Of a stretch of 64,000 nucleotides of DNA, positions 1-11,140 are shown in pieces. How positions within the stretch are numbered: position 1 is the stretch's first letter; every line of letters begins with the position of its first letter. Origin of the DNA: Negaprion brevirostris (taxonomy: Eukaryota); the NCBI GenBank assembly GCA_030324005.1, contig JARDVH010000121.1:42011715-42075714 (forward strand), written 5' to 3'. The notes beneath the pieces were generated by a model. It ran no database searches. It saw nothing but the letters and a program-made list of their open reading frames with translations, and had not been told where the DNA came from. A program made the translations under genes and the position numbers.

Positions 1-175
1 CAGCATCCTGGTAAATCTCCTCTGCACTCTCTCCAGGATCTCTACATCCTTCCGGTAGTACGGCGACCAGAACTGGAATGTTCTTATGGATTTGATGATC
101 GGTATAATCAAAATGAATGGCGGAGCAGGCTCGAAGGGCCGAATGGCCTACTTCAGCTGCTAATTTCCATGTTTC
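1..175. mobile_element. CR1-type LINE fragments (internal minus-strand piece plus a plus-strand 3' tail)
   Basis: catcctggtaaatctcctctgcac and gagcaggctcgaagggccgaatggcctact motifs recur in other CR1 copies in the window. Confidence 0.7.
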
Positions 176-333
176 TAACCTCTGGTTTGGAGAGACACAA
201 CATGACGCTGGATAACATGCACTTTTGATCAATTAGCTATCAGTGAAAATGAGAATTATACTCCAAGATTATTGGCATATTTGAAACGAGATAGAAAGGA
301 ATGTTCATACCTAAATATTTTTTTATTTGACAG

Positions 334-435
334 GCAACAACCAAAGCTGAAGACAGAAATGATCCGAACAAACTCTACAACAAAATGACGTTATCCAACG
401 TGTCCAGTAACTTCCCTCTCACAATCAGTTCAAAG
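334..435 (+). CDS. MME: Internal exon of a neprilysin (M13 peptidase, MME-like) gene: [34 protein letters not shown]
   Basis: ttttatttgacag|GCA...TCA AAG|gtagga; 102 nt, phase 0-0, open. Strong similarity to the human neprilysin segment [34 protein letters not shown], which has the same length. One exon cannot distinguish orthologue from paralogue. Confidence 0.8.
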
Positions 436-888
436 GTAGGATGGTGTTCTGAATGAAATTGTGTGTCTTGTCAAAGTCGTGGATGGCAGTGGATAGGGAA
501 TGCAAACTATCCTTAAGTGTCAGTGCCAAGTGGTGCTATCGTGTTGCACTCGGCCAACATTCTGCTGCATCAGATACATTCCCTTCAGAATATAATATCT
601 TGAGTTCCAGCGTGAGAGCAAAGTGAGACGTGACACATGGTAAGTTAAGCACAGTTAATCTTTGAACCTCTAGTTACTAAACCTCTCCGATACTGAGGAC
701 TTTTCTCCTGTCATGTCTGGGTCTGTTATAGACTGATTGATAGAGATTGATTGGTCCAATCACATTGCATCATGCAACTGCCAGGAGGGTAAAAGGTGGA
801 CGAGCTGCAGTTTATTTTTTTGACAACTCCTGCATCCCCTCTCATTTCCCATTTTCTCTAGCAGGGTTGTCCATCAGGAAAGTTAATT

Positions 889-1201
889 GGGCGGCATGGT
901 GGTTCACACTGCTGCCTCACAGTGCCAGGGACCTGGGTTTGATTCCCGGCTTGGGTCACCGTCTGTGTGGAGTTTGCACATTGTCCCCATGTCTGTGTGG
1001 GTGTACTCCGGTTTCCTCCCACAGTCCAAAGACGTGCAGGTTAGATTCATTGGACATGCTAAATTAACCCTTAGCGTCCTGGGATGTGATAGGTTAGAGG
1101 GATTAGCAGGGTAGTTAAGTGGGGAAAAGACCTGGGTGAGGCTGTTGTCGGTGCAGACTCGATGGGCTGAATGGCCTCCTTCTGCACAGTAAGGATTCTA
1201 T
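889..1201 (+). mobile_element. HE1-like tRNA-derived V-SINE, CR1-tail type
   Basis: tRNA-like head with B box (ggtttgattccc), V-core tgtgtggagtttgcac...ggtttcctccc, and tail gggctgaatggcctccttctgcac. Confidence 0.9.
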
Positions 1202-2029
1202 AATTAAAGCCCAGCAGTGGTTCATTACACCTTTAAAATATGGGTTTCTTTCCCTGTTGAAACAGGATGTTTCAAATGCAGGCATTGATGAAATAACCAT
1301 GCATTTGTTCTTAATTGATGTTTTGTAACATTAAGAAGTGTCGAAGCACTCCCAGTTCAAACATGCTATTGGATAAGTCCAGCATTTATAACTGTATGCA
1401 CAGTTCACTAACTTTCTGGTCTTGTCTCATTGAGTAATCTGTCAAGCTCTTTCTCAATCAAGTTCATTTTATGGTACTTTTTGTTGTTATATATTGATGT
1501 AACATGACTTTTTTTTAACTGCTGGATCAATAAACAGCAAACAAACCAATGCAACAGCAACCAAATATGCCAAGTTCTCCTTCTGGTCAGTAATCTCCAC
1601 TAGCTGGGTGCTGACAATATCAGAACCAAGTTGGGTTCTTTGGAAAACTATGGGATTATGTTTCAAAGGCTTTGTCATTGGTGTAGTGTCTTCCAGCAGC
1701 AAGCTTCAGATGTAGAATAAGAGAAAGAACATTATGACCCAATTTCCCACCCACGTCCACAGCCAGAAAAGCTTCTTCTGGAATTAGAACTATACAAAAT
1801 GACCATACATATATTTGAGTCCAGCATATTTCACACTCTGTTATAGATGCAAAGCAATCTTGTAAAAACAAAATCAGTCAGTATCTGTGCTAGAGGAACA
1901 ATTAGCCTTCAAGTTACAAGTTATGCAATTAGGCCATGTCCCAATGAGTTACATAAAACTATAACATGGTAGCAAAATAATATTTTGCATCTAAGTTGGA
2001 TATTCCTATCTTTATAAAATGGTACATTA

Positions 2030-2940
2030 AGAACCACTTGTGTTTATATAATACATTTGATGCAGGTAAATGTCACAGGACTCTTCACTGGGACTTTATC
2101 AAATGAAATTTGACAGAGTCACTGAAGGAAGTTCAAGAGAGGTGACTAAAAGCTTAATCAAATATTTGGTTTTAAAAACTTAGGTAGTGAGGTATAGGGA
2201 GATAATTCCAGAGCTTAAAGCCTAGGCAACTGAAGACACACCAATGGTGGAAGAATTAAAATCAGGGATGCACAAGAGGCCAGAATTGGAGGTGTCCAAA
2301 GAACTCAGAAGGTTGTAGGACTGGGGGAGGCAACAAATGAAGAAGGGTAAGACCTAGGATGGATTTGAAAAAGTCAAAATCATAAAATGTAAGTCAGCTC
2401 GCACATGGACAATGAGTGAACAGGCCCTGGACACAAGTAGCAGAGTTTTGGACAAATTCAGCTTTATGAAGTGTGGGAAATGGAAGGCTAGCAGGAGAGC
2501 TTTGGAGCAGTCAAGTCTAGAGGCATCAAAGCATGTGTTTCAGTAGATGAGCTGCAGCAAAGGGGAAGTTGATCATAGTTGCAGAGGTGGCAGTAGGCAA
2601 TCCTAGTGATGAAGCAGATATGCGACTGGAAGCTCATTGGAGCAAAATATGATACAGAAATTGCTAATGATCTGATTCCGTCTGATAACATTAACAGCAA
2701 AAGGGCTGAAGTCCCTAGCTGGGAAATTGGGTTTGTGGTGGGGATTGATGATAATGGCTTTGACCTTCCCATTATTTAGCTGGATGAAATGTCTGCTCAT
2801 CCAGTCCTGGATCTCAGGTAAACAGTCTAACAAATTAAGAGACTGTGGGAGGGGTTGAGATAGGTGGTGCTGAACAGCATGAGGATGAGAAGTAGGAGGG
2901 GGCCAAGAGAAGATTTTTAGGAATCTCCTGACTTACCATG
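2030..2940 (-). mobile_element. Decayed L2-clade LINE, 3' portion
   Basis: Minus ORF LDCLPEIQDWMSRHFIQLNNGKVKAIII resembles the L2 RT C-terminal motif (WM..N.L.LN..KT); similar to 6995-8320. Confidence 0.75.
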
Positions 2941-4246
2941 AGCAATGTTTCAGGAAATCAATAGGGCATTGACAAGGACTACAATATCTCCTCTCAAATG
3001 CTATTCAGCATGAGAGATCATCTAATTGAGTTCATTGGGCACTCCATGATCACTGTTTTATTAATTATTTGGGTTTAGTCTTATGGTGCTCCTGAATATT
3101 TGGCACGTCAAACAGTCAAGGCTATGGGCCAAGTGCTGGCAAGTAGGATTAGGTGGGCAGGCCAGGACCTTTCATGCGTCGCTGCAGACGCGATGGATCT
3201 CTTCCACATTGTAGTATTCTGTGATTCTGTGCCTTTTTTTCAAGAAAATATAGACCCATTAAAAACATACCGTTCTAAATGATTACATTTCTTTCATTTT
3301 CAATATTCTCAAGTTGCAAAACTGACTCACCTCCCATCTCAATCAATCTTAGTAATATAGAAATTAGTCAAAACATCGTTTTAGTGGGAGGAAATTGGAA
3401 GATATGTTGCTTCGACAGTAAGGTACGATAGATGGAGTCTTGCCTCTAGCAGTGCATGTACTACTTTTCCTGCGACGCTGCATTTTATGTACCTGTATTA
3501 TTGTGCACCTAGTTACAAGATAATTAAACAGCTTGCTACTTTTTGCGTACACTTAAAAGGCGCTTTCAAACAATGTGGAATGTCAGTTTTTTGTTGGGAA
3601 GCATTTTTTCCCGGGATCAACAGAACGGAACAACACCTCATATGAGATCCAAAACCAACCAGATTCTGAAATATTTACAGATCTAACTTGATGCATACGC
3701 ATTTTCCACACTTGCGTTTAAATACACTTGAGTTTTCCGCACATTATAGTTGATGCGGTAATTCAACTGCCCGGATCCCCTGTAACAGACATCATGCTGC
3801 CTCCATACCTTAATTGTTCGCCCGTAATTAGTACTTCAGCCTTGTAATGTCTTTCAGTTGCTTTCTTTTTCACGCTGTTCTGAAGACTTTCCATTTTTTT
3901 AAACAAAAATCTGGTTCCAGTTGGCCGCCTGCCTAAGCTGTGCGCTGGGTGCACCTGCTGGCTATGGTCAGAGCCCAAAGCCCTGGAATCCCGGCTTCCT
4001 GCGGTCAATTTCACAGACTGCTGAACGGGGTTGCTCAATACTGCCTCCCCCGCGTTCAACTTTACCTTTCTCCCTTCTGCCCTCTCTCGGTCTCTTTTGT
4101 ACGTGGGAGCTGAGCAGATTGCCCGCTAATTGAATAGATACTGTAATCTGATCTGTTATCAGTAAAGGACGAGATTAGTAGCAAACAGTAGCATATGCTG
4201 CAAAACAGGCAAAGCCTTTTGGTCCAAATTTACCTATAAATCATAT

Positions 4247-4773
4247 TTTATGCCAACTCTCAGATTTATGCAGCAAGTGTATACCAACTTTCAGATTTGT
4301 GAGGAAGTCTATAAGCACATTTTATACCAACTTTCAGATTTGTGTAGAAAGTGTATATATTAACGCATTTACACCAACTCTCAGATTTGTGTAGAAAGTG
4401 CATATATTAACGCATTTACACCACCTCTCAGATTTGTGTAGAAAGTGTACTTATTAGTACATTTTACACTAACTCTCAGGTTTGTGTAGAAAATGTATAT
4501 ATTAACATGTTTACACTAACTTTCAGATTCGTGTAGCAAGTTTAAATATTAGCACCTTTTACGCCAACTCTCAGATTTATGTAGGAAGTGTATATTAACG
4601 CACTTTATACCCACTCTCAGATTTGTGTTGACTGTATATATTAACGCATTTACAACAACGCTCAGATTTGTGTAGAAACTGTAAATATTAGTACATTTTG
4701 CAATAACTCTCAGATTTGTGTAGCAAGTGTATATATTAACGCATTTACACTAACTTTCAGATTTGTGTAGCAA
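4247..4773. repeat. Minisatellite of about 12 diverged copies of a ~47-bp unit (acaccaactctcagatttgtgtagaaagtgtatatattaacgcattt)
   Basis: Core tcagatttgtgtag recurs at ~45-48 bp spacing; copies counted by eye. Confidence 0.95.
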
Positions 4774-5929
4774 GACTATGTCTTCACGTTTTCGGAATAT
4801 ACCGGCACTACTGAGAAATTAACGAATCCACTATCCCTTACGGAATTGATCGTCAGGCGCTAGTATGAGGGCATACATCCCACAAATAGCCAGATATTTA
4901 CAGATATCTGGCACCTTTCGTTATGTTTTGTATTGATCCCTGTGTACTCCTACAAGCCATCACAGGCAAGGATTCCAAATACCTAACAATGTCCAATTAT
5001 CTCCAGCCTCAATCTCATTGACACATGGAATCGCGCCCCAATCTTTTACTTTGAAGTGTTTTTTTTCTCTCTTTCGGTGAGGACAGTTAGTGCTAGGAGA
5101 TAGCATTTTCCAGAACCTTCCGGTAAGAAATGGGATGCCACAAAAAAAAACTGTCTCCGCTCTACACCAACAACATACCGTCGCCCTAAACTCAGCAAGT
5201 TATTCATGTATCTAGCACTTGCCCCCTTTTCCGAAACCAATTATCCTTAGATCCCTCTCACTTATATTGACAAGTTGTACCAAATCTCAGGACAGTTCTG
5301 CACAGTACACCCATATCGTTCAGAAGCTGGATTCAGACTGCTCTAACACATTCCGCTCATAACCTACGGAGATGCTCATTCCATCAGGCAGTGCTACATT
5401 TGAACTCGCATCCCAGCGGTCAAAGCCAGATAACTGTATGTTGCCCACTGCATTATCTTGTTACCCCATCTCCTCTAATGATTTCCGTAAATTTTTTTTG
5501 AAAGGTCACTTTTTTACTCTGTCCTTATTCATCATGTCATTTATTCTCTCTCTGGAGCTAAAATTCCACTTTTTAGAAATATTAGTAAACAAGGAGACAA
5601 GAATAGAAAATGTTGTTTCCTTCCTAATTTCAGCATCCCCTCCTGTAAAAGACTTGCATTCCTTTTTTCTTTCTGTGCTACATTGTCACCCTCTCCTGCA
5701 GGCTTTACTTTTCTTTCTTTGTGTTTTGACCATTGTGCACTTAATATTACTTCACATGTAGTGGCATTTTAGAGAATTGGATTTTAATAAGCCTTAATTT
5801 AGGAAATAAAATGCAAAAACATAAATGTGGCATATATGAAACACTTAGCCAGCATATGTGCAGAGAATAGCCAAGTTAATCAGAACAGGAAAAATAAAAA
5901 TTAAGCACAATTTAAATTGATCAATTAAG

Positions 5930-6200
5930 AAAATAAGAACATAAAAAATAGGAGCAGGAGTAGGCCATGTAGCCCTTCGAGCCTGCCCCGCCATTCAATA
6001 AGATCATGGCTGATCTGTCGTGNNNNNNNNNNNNNNNNNNNNNNNNNNNNNNNNNNNNNNNNNNNNNNNNNNNNNNNNNNNNNNNNNNNNNNNNNNNNNN
6101 NNNNNNNNNNNNNNNNNNNNNNTGGACATTCAGCTCCCAGTCCCTGTCACCTTGCAGCCACGTCTCTGTAATGGCCACCAGATCATATCCATTAGTGCTA
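5930..6200 (-). mobile_element. CR1 LINE collapsed across an N-gap (3' tail left of the gap, endonuclease N-terminus right of it)
   Basis: Tail ataggagcaggagtaggccat; minus translation NGYDLVAITETWLQGDRDWELNV is an APE endonuclease motif. Confidence 0.8.
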
Positions 6201-6700
6201 AAGAGAAGGAGAGTCAGGGAGGAGGTTAAAATCACAGAAGAGAAAATATGGGTTCTAAAGCTGTGATGATTTTTTTAATAATATGGTGAATTGAGCAGAG
6301 TGGGGGAGCACCCTGGTAAACACAGGCTTTCGTAGTCAGAGTCATCTCAGGAGCTGATTGCAGCCACAAGGCTACAGGCCTCTGTATAGTTTCAACCTGT
6401 AAATAAACGAGTTGTGTTTTCCCTAAACTGGTGATTGAGCATCTTTACATATGGCTATAAAATGATGGAATAATTATAATGGAATTTAAATACATGACAT
6501 ATAAAAGTACGTGTGAATGGTTGAGGTGGTATGACTGATATTGAAAGAGGGGAAGCTAGCAATCATCTGAAGAGAAAAAAAACAGATAGACAAAAAAAAC
6601 ACAAATGTTTTCAGACAGAAAAGTACAAAAGAGGATCTTCACCACAAGCATTAACCTATTTTCCCTCTTCCACTTCACCAACCACCAACACGGATATATT

Positions 6701-6824
6701 GGTGGGATTTTATGGCCTCGCTCATTCCAAAACTGTAAAATCCCCTGAAGTTAAGAGACCTCTCATGCTCTGCCCCTTGTCCAACTCCGATTCCCACGGC
6801 AGGTGGGGCAGTAAAATTTCAGCC
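6701..6824. mobile_element. Short PIF/Harbinger-type MITE
   Basis: Degenerate TIRs ggtgggatttta...gtaaaatttcagcc; interior is the reverse-complement homologue of 16646-16772. Confidence 0.6.
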
Positions 6825-6994
6825 ATTATCTTAGATTACCAGAATCCTTTATCACAACTAAAGCAAAAGCTACATTTAAGGTCTGCAGTTATTAAGGTCA
6901 ATTAAAATGGCAAACAACGGGAGTCTCAAGGTCACGCTTTCAGGTAGAAAGGAAAGGTGAGGGTAATAATCACCTGATCAGCATAAAAACAATA

Positions 6995-8320
6995 ATGACT
7001 TGCACTTACAGCACAGTTAATGTCATAAAATCTCCTAAGGTGCTTAACCAGAGCAATACCAATAAAAACAATTTTAACAAGACCCATAGAAGGTTACATC
7101 AGGAAAGAGGACTGGGAGATTGATCTGAGGTCGCTCTTTAGGAGAATCTTAGCAGTGAAGGGAAAGGTAGAAAGAGAGACAGAAGTTTAAGGAGGAATTT
7201 CGAAGGTAAGGGCGAAAATATGGTCACCAGTGGTGAAACGAGTAAAATGAAGGATGCAGAAGAGGCCAGAAAGTATGAAAGTGTGAGGACATGGAAGAAT
7301 TTAAAAACAAGGATGTGAATTTTAAAATTGAGGTACTGTCAGACAGACAGCCAGTGAAGGTCAATAGACACAGAGGTTATGGGAGAATGGAATTTGGAGT
7401 GAGTTAAGATGCAAGGGCAGCAGAGTTTTGGATGAGTGCAAGTTTACATAAGATGGAAGGTGGGAGGCTGGCCGAGGGTGTAATGGAGTCATGTCTAAAG
7501 GGAACAAAGGTATGGATGAGGGTTTGCACAGTAGATAAGATGAGGGAAGGTTAGAGTCTGATGGTATTATAGGGTTGGAAGAAAGCGGTCTTGACACTGG
7601 TGCAAATATGTGGTTGGCAACTCAACTCTCGGTCAAACGCTCATCTTTAAAACTGTTTCTAGGGATGGAAACAGTGGAAAAGAACTGAGTTTGTGGCAGG
7701 GACTAAAGAAAATCACTTCTGTCTTTCCAATATTTAGTTGAAATTTCTGTTCATCCAATATTGGATGATAGACAAGGACAAATGAGAGATAGTTGATAGG
7801 TCCAAGGAGATGGTGGTGAGATAGAGCCAGCTGTAATTCTCATTTGTGTGGAACCTGATCTTCAGAACATATTACCTAGGGGTAGCATGTAGATGTCATA
7901 AGGATGTCAGAATAGGTCTTTGGGGAATTCTTAAGTGTTGGATGAGAAGTCATTATTGTAATTTTCTGGCAGTTAAAGAATAGATCCAAACAAGGTAAGG
8001 TCCACACACCTGGACAAGACACCCATTACAGGAGAATGGCATGGTCAATTGTGCTGGAAGTTGGAGACAAGTCAAGAAGAATGAGAAGGGCTAATTTATC
8101 AAAAAGTGCCATGTGATTTTAACAAGGACTGTTTCATGAGCTGGAAACCTGATTGGAAGAACTCAAACATTGAATTGTGGGAAAGGTGTGCATGGATTTG
8201 GTAAGTGGCAATATACTATAGGGCATTGGAGAAGAAAGGGGAGTTGGAAATAGTGTGGTGGTTTACAGGTTACAGAGAGTCACAAGAAGCCTTTTTTGAG
8301 GAGAGGGTGATGACAGCAGA
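6995..8320 (-). mobile_element. Decayed L2-clade LINE fragment
   Basis: Shares segments with 2030-2940 (gcagagttttgga, gaaatttctgttcatccaat); purine-rich plus strand; many stops. Confidence 0.7.
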
Positions 8321-8324
8321 TCTA

Positions 8325-8630
8325 ATCACAGAATCATAGAATCCTATAGTGCAGAAGGATGCCACTTGGCCGATTGAGTCTGCACCAGCACCAATCCAAT
8401 TTATGCCCTCTCCCCATAATTCCATGCATTTACCCTAGCTAGTCCCCCTGATACTAAGGGCAATTCAGCATGGCCAATCCACCTAATCTGCACATCTTTG
8501 GAATGTGGGAGGAAACTGGAGCACTCAGAGGAAACCCATGCGGACATGGGAAGAACGTGCAAGCTCCACACAGACAGTGACCCAAGCTGAGAATCGAAAC
8601 ATAGTGCTAACCACTGTGCCACCATGCCGC
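8325..8630 (-). mobile_element. HE1-like V-SINE, CR1-tail type
   Basis: Reverse-complement homologue of 889-1201. Confidence 0.9.
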
Positions 8631-8896
8631 TCACAAAGACATTTGAAAGACATTAGATACCACCCAACAAAAGGGAACCATTATGCATATCAGCTAACTT
8701 GTGACCAAATAAGGGAAACTGACTGGTCAGCAGCTTCGTTAGAATAGGATTGACCTTATTAAGCACAAGGTGCTTTATAGGTAGATTTGAGGTTGTCAAT
8801 ACTCTATAGTGATTCTACTGCCTGATAGGTTGTACTGATTTTTCAACATAATGTACCCAAAATTGATCAAATCAGTGCAAAAGATCGCAAAATTTA

Positions 8897-9022
8897 GGGC
8901 GGAATTTTACCGAAACGTCTGCCCGAGGTTTGTACGATCCCGCCCAAGGCCAACAGAGAATGGCGTTCTCTGAGCCTTGCCGCACTCGGAATCGGGACGG
9001 ACATGCTGGTAAAATTCTGGCC
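8897..9022. mobile_element. PIF/Harbinger-type MITE (126 bp) with TTA target-site duplication
   Basis: TIRs GGGCGGAATTTTACC and rc GGCCAGAATTTTACC (13/15); TTA on both sides (8894-8896, 9023-9025). Confidence 0.85.
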
Positions 9023-9618
9023 TTAAAGTGCAAATTACGACTAGTGCAAATCAAGTTCCTGTGATCTATTGTACTTATACCAGAAGTCATTCTTTCCCAT
9101 AAAACTGGCCAGGCTTCAGATTGGATTAATTACAGTGAATTCCTGCTAATTTGAGGCCCCTTTGAGGGTGTCAAGCCAGCTTTTAAAATGGTTCTTTTGT
9201 GCACTGGGACACGAATAGACCTGATTTAAAAGCTTCCAAATATAAACGTTTTTAAAAATTAAGCAGTTGGCTGCTGTACACCGATATAACCAGCAAATGG
9301 TTTTATACAGCTTTCGAGCCACTTTTCAATATTTAAAATCTGGTTACTCAGAGATGGTGAACTAGACATTGATTAAAAATTATATTTTGTGGTAATTTTC
9401 AGTGCTTTGTCATCAAACTCNNNNNNNNNNNNNNNNNNNNNNNNNNNNNNNNNNNNNNNNNNNNNNNNNNNNNNNNNNNNNNNNNNNNNNNNNNNNNNNN
9501 NNNNNNNNNNNNNNNNNNNNAATCAAACTCATCCAAGTTACCACTCAGATATAACAAGGAGTTTTTTTCCAGAATTAAAAAAAATACATTCTAAGAAATT
9601 TTGATTGCAACTGGCCCA

Positions 9619-10462
9619 TGTGATGTTCGTGTGCTTTTAAGAAAGTTGTTTTGAACCATGATTTCTGCAGCTCTCACAGCTTCAGTGTTTTCTTAGCTCA
9701 CAACTTCAGCTAATGTCATCTCGTTGCTGGGTTGTCTGGAGATGTCCTTTTATTGCTGCTTATACAGAGTTTGTTTGTTTGTTTTTACTGAGATGTTAAT
9801 GACTCTGCATTGTTAGGAAAAAACTCTTTGGCAGGTCAGATAATAGGAGTTTTTTTTCAGTTCGGAGCTGCAGATTTGAGTTTGAGTTTTAGTTTTAGAA
9901 GGGACAGCAAGCTGAAAAGAAGTCTCTCTCTTTCTCTCTCTCTGCTGGTTTTAGAAATTCAGCTGATTATCTGAAAGCAAGTTCTTTCCTTTCTGAAGGG
10001 GGTAAGAGGGTGGTGGAACCTGCTGTTGGTGGCTTGCTGAGAGACCCTAGCGTTTTGGAAGCTGTTCTGATTTCAAACTGCTCTGGATCTATCCAGAGAA
10101 CTGTAGATCTCATCCAAAGGACTAACATTAGTCTTTCCTGTGTTAAACCTGGGAAAGCATTTTTTTTTGTCTATGGGATTGGTTTGATTGAAACACATTA
10201 GATATAGTTGTTAAGGGTTACACATTATAGTAGTTGATTTGTTTTTTGTTTGTAATTGATAAAAGTTCTTACTAATTTTCTCATTAAACATGTTAACTAT
10301 ATTCTTAAATAAACTTTGCTTGAAAAAAGTCCCTAGTGGGTCATTTGAATCATACCTGAAGTGAAACCTATCATGCTTATCCTAGCCAAATTCAAGATGC
10401 AAAACTTATGATCCAGGCAGGTTTCATAGAACACTTTGGAGTTTCTAACCTGAACCATAACA
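9619..10462 (+). mobile_element. Solo LTR (probably Gypsy-type), same family as 45753-46550
   Basis: TG...CA termini, internal AATAAA, 4-bp flanks ccca/cccg, end-to-end colinear similarity to 45753-46550. Confidence 0.85.
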
Positions 10463-10834
10463 CCCGTGACAGATTTTACATTCATTATATCCAAATGGGT
10501 TTGAGCGGGAAGTTAAGGAAAACATGAATCTGTCCAGTTTTGGGAGTAACTTGCACCCGCATCACCTTTCACAAAAAAGGAAGATGCAGAACTATATTCC
10601 TAGATGCACTGGCTATATAAATGTGCTGAGTTGACTTAGTTGCACAGGTTGACACACTTATGGACTGATCCATTTCCTCATACCCCATAGTGACAGAACA
10701 CATTGAGGTCTACCACTCCCACTGGCTCAGAGATGGTGAAAAAGAAAGAACTGATTGAGCTAAATGAAGGCATTATTTGAAAATAAAACTACAGATTACA
10801 ATCCCCAAGATTGTACAGGTCAAAACTTGTAAAG

Positions 10835-11140
10835 TTTAAAGTTTACTAATTAGTGTCACAGTAGGCTTACATTAACACTGCAATGAAGTCACTGCGAAAA
10901 TCCCCTAGCTGCCACATTCCAAAACCTGTTTGGATACACTGAGGGAGAACTTAGCATGGCCAATGCACCTAACCAGCACATCTTTCAGACTGTGGGAGGA
11001 AACCAGAGCTCCCACAGGAAACACATGCAGGTACAGAGAGAACGTGCAGACTCCACACAGACAGTGACCCAAACCAGGAATCAGACTTGGGTCCCTGTTG
11101 CTGTGAGGCAGCTGTGCTAACCATTGTGGCACTGTGCCAC
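10835..11140 (-). mobile_element. V-SINE, second-tail type
   Basis: Same head and core as HE1; tail rc of ttcattgcagtgttaatgtaagcctactgtgacactaat. Confidence 0.9.

Noticed and set aside
889-960. tRNA genes suggested by A/B boxes (also 18985, 31970, 34620, 56849)
   Set aside because: These are SINE heads that run into SINE bodies; no intact cloverleaf is visible.
747-1114. Recurrent ORFs such as [11 protein letters not shown] / VWSLHVLP (also 8401, 10905, 14149, 56533-57097, 61460)
   Set aside because: They are translations of the V-SINE core, not a gene family.
1487-1871. Minus ORFs with a hydrophobic, TM-like stretch
   Set aside because: They are short and in different frames, with no homology recognised and no convincing exon boundaries.
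3377-3492. Alternative frame YIKCSVAGKVVHALLE resembling a retropepsin/DDI1 protease start
   Set aside because: It lacks the catalytic D(S/T)G, has a poor acceptor and stops early.
4247-4773. CRISPR-like appearance of regularly spaced repeats
   Set aside because: The spacers are homologous to each other, so this is a plain tandem repeat. The context is vertebrate and there are no cas genes.
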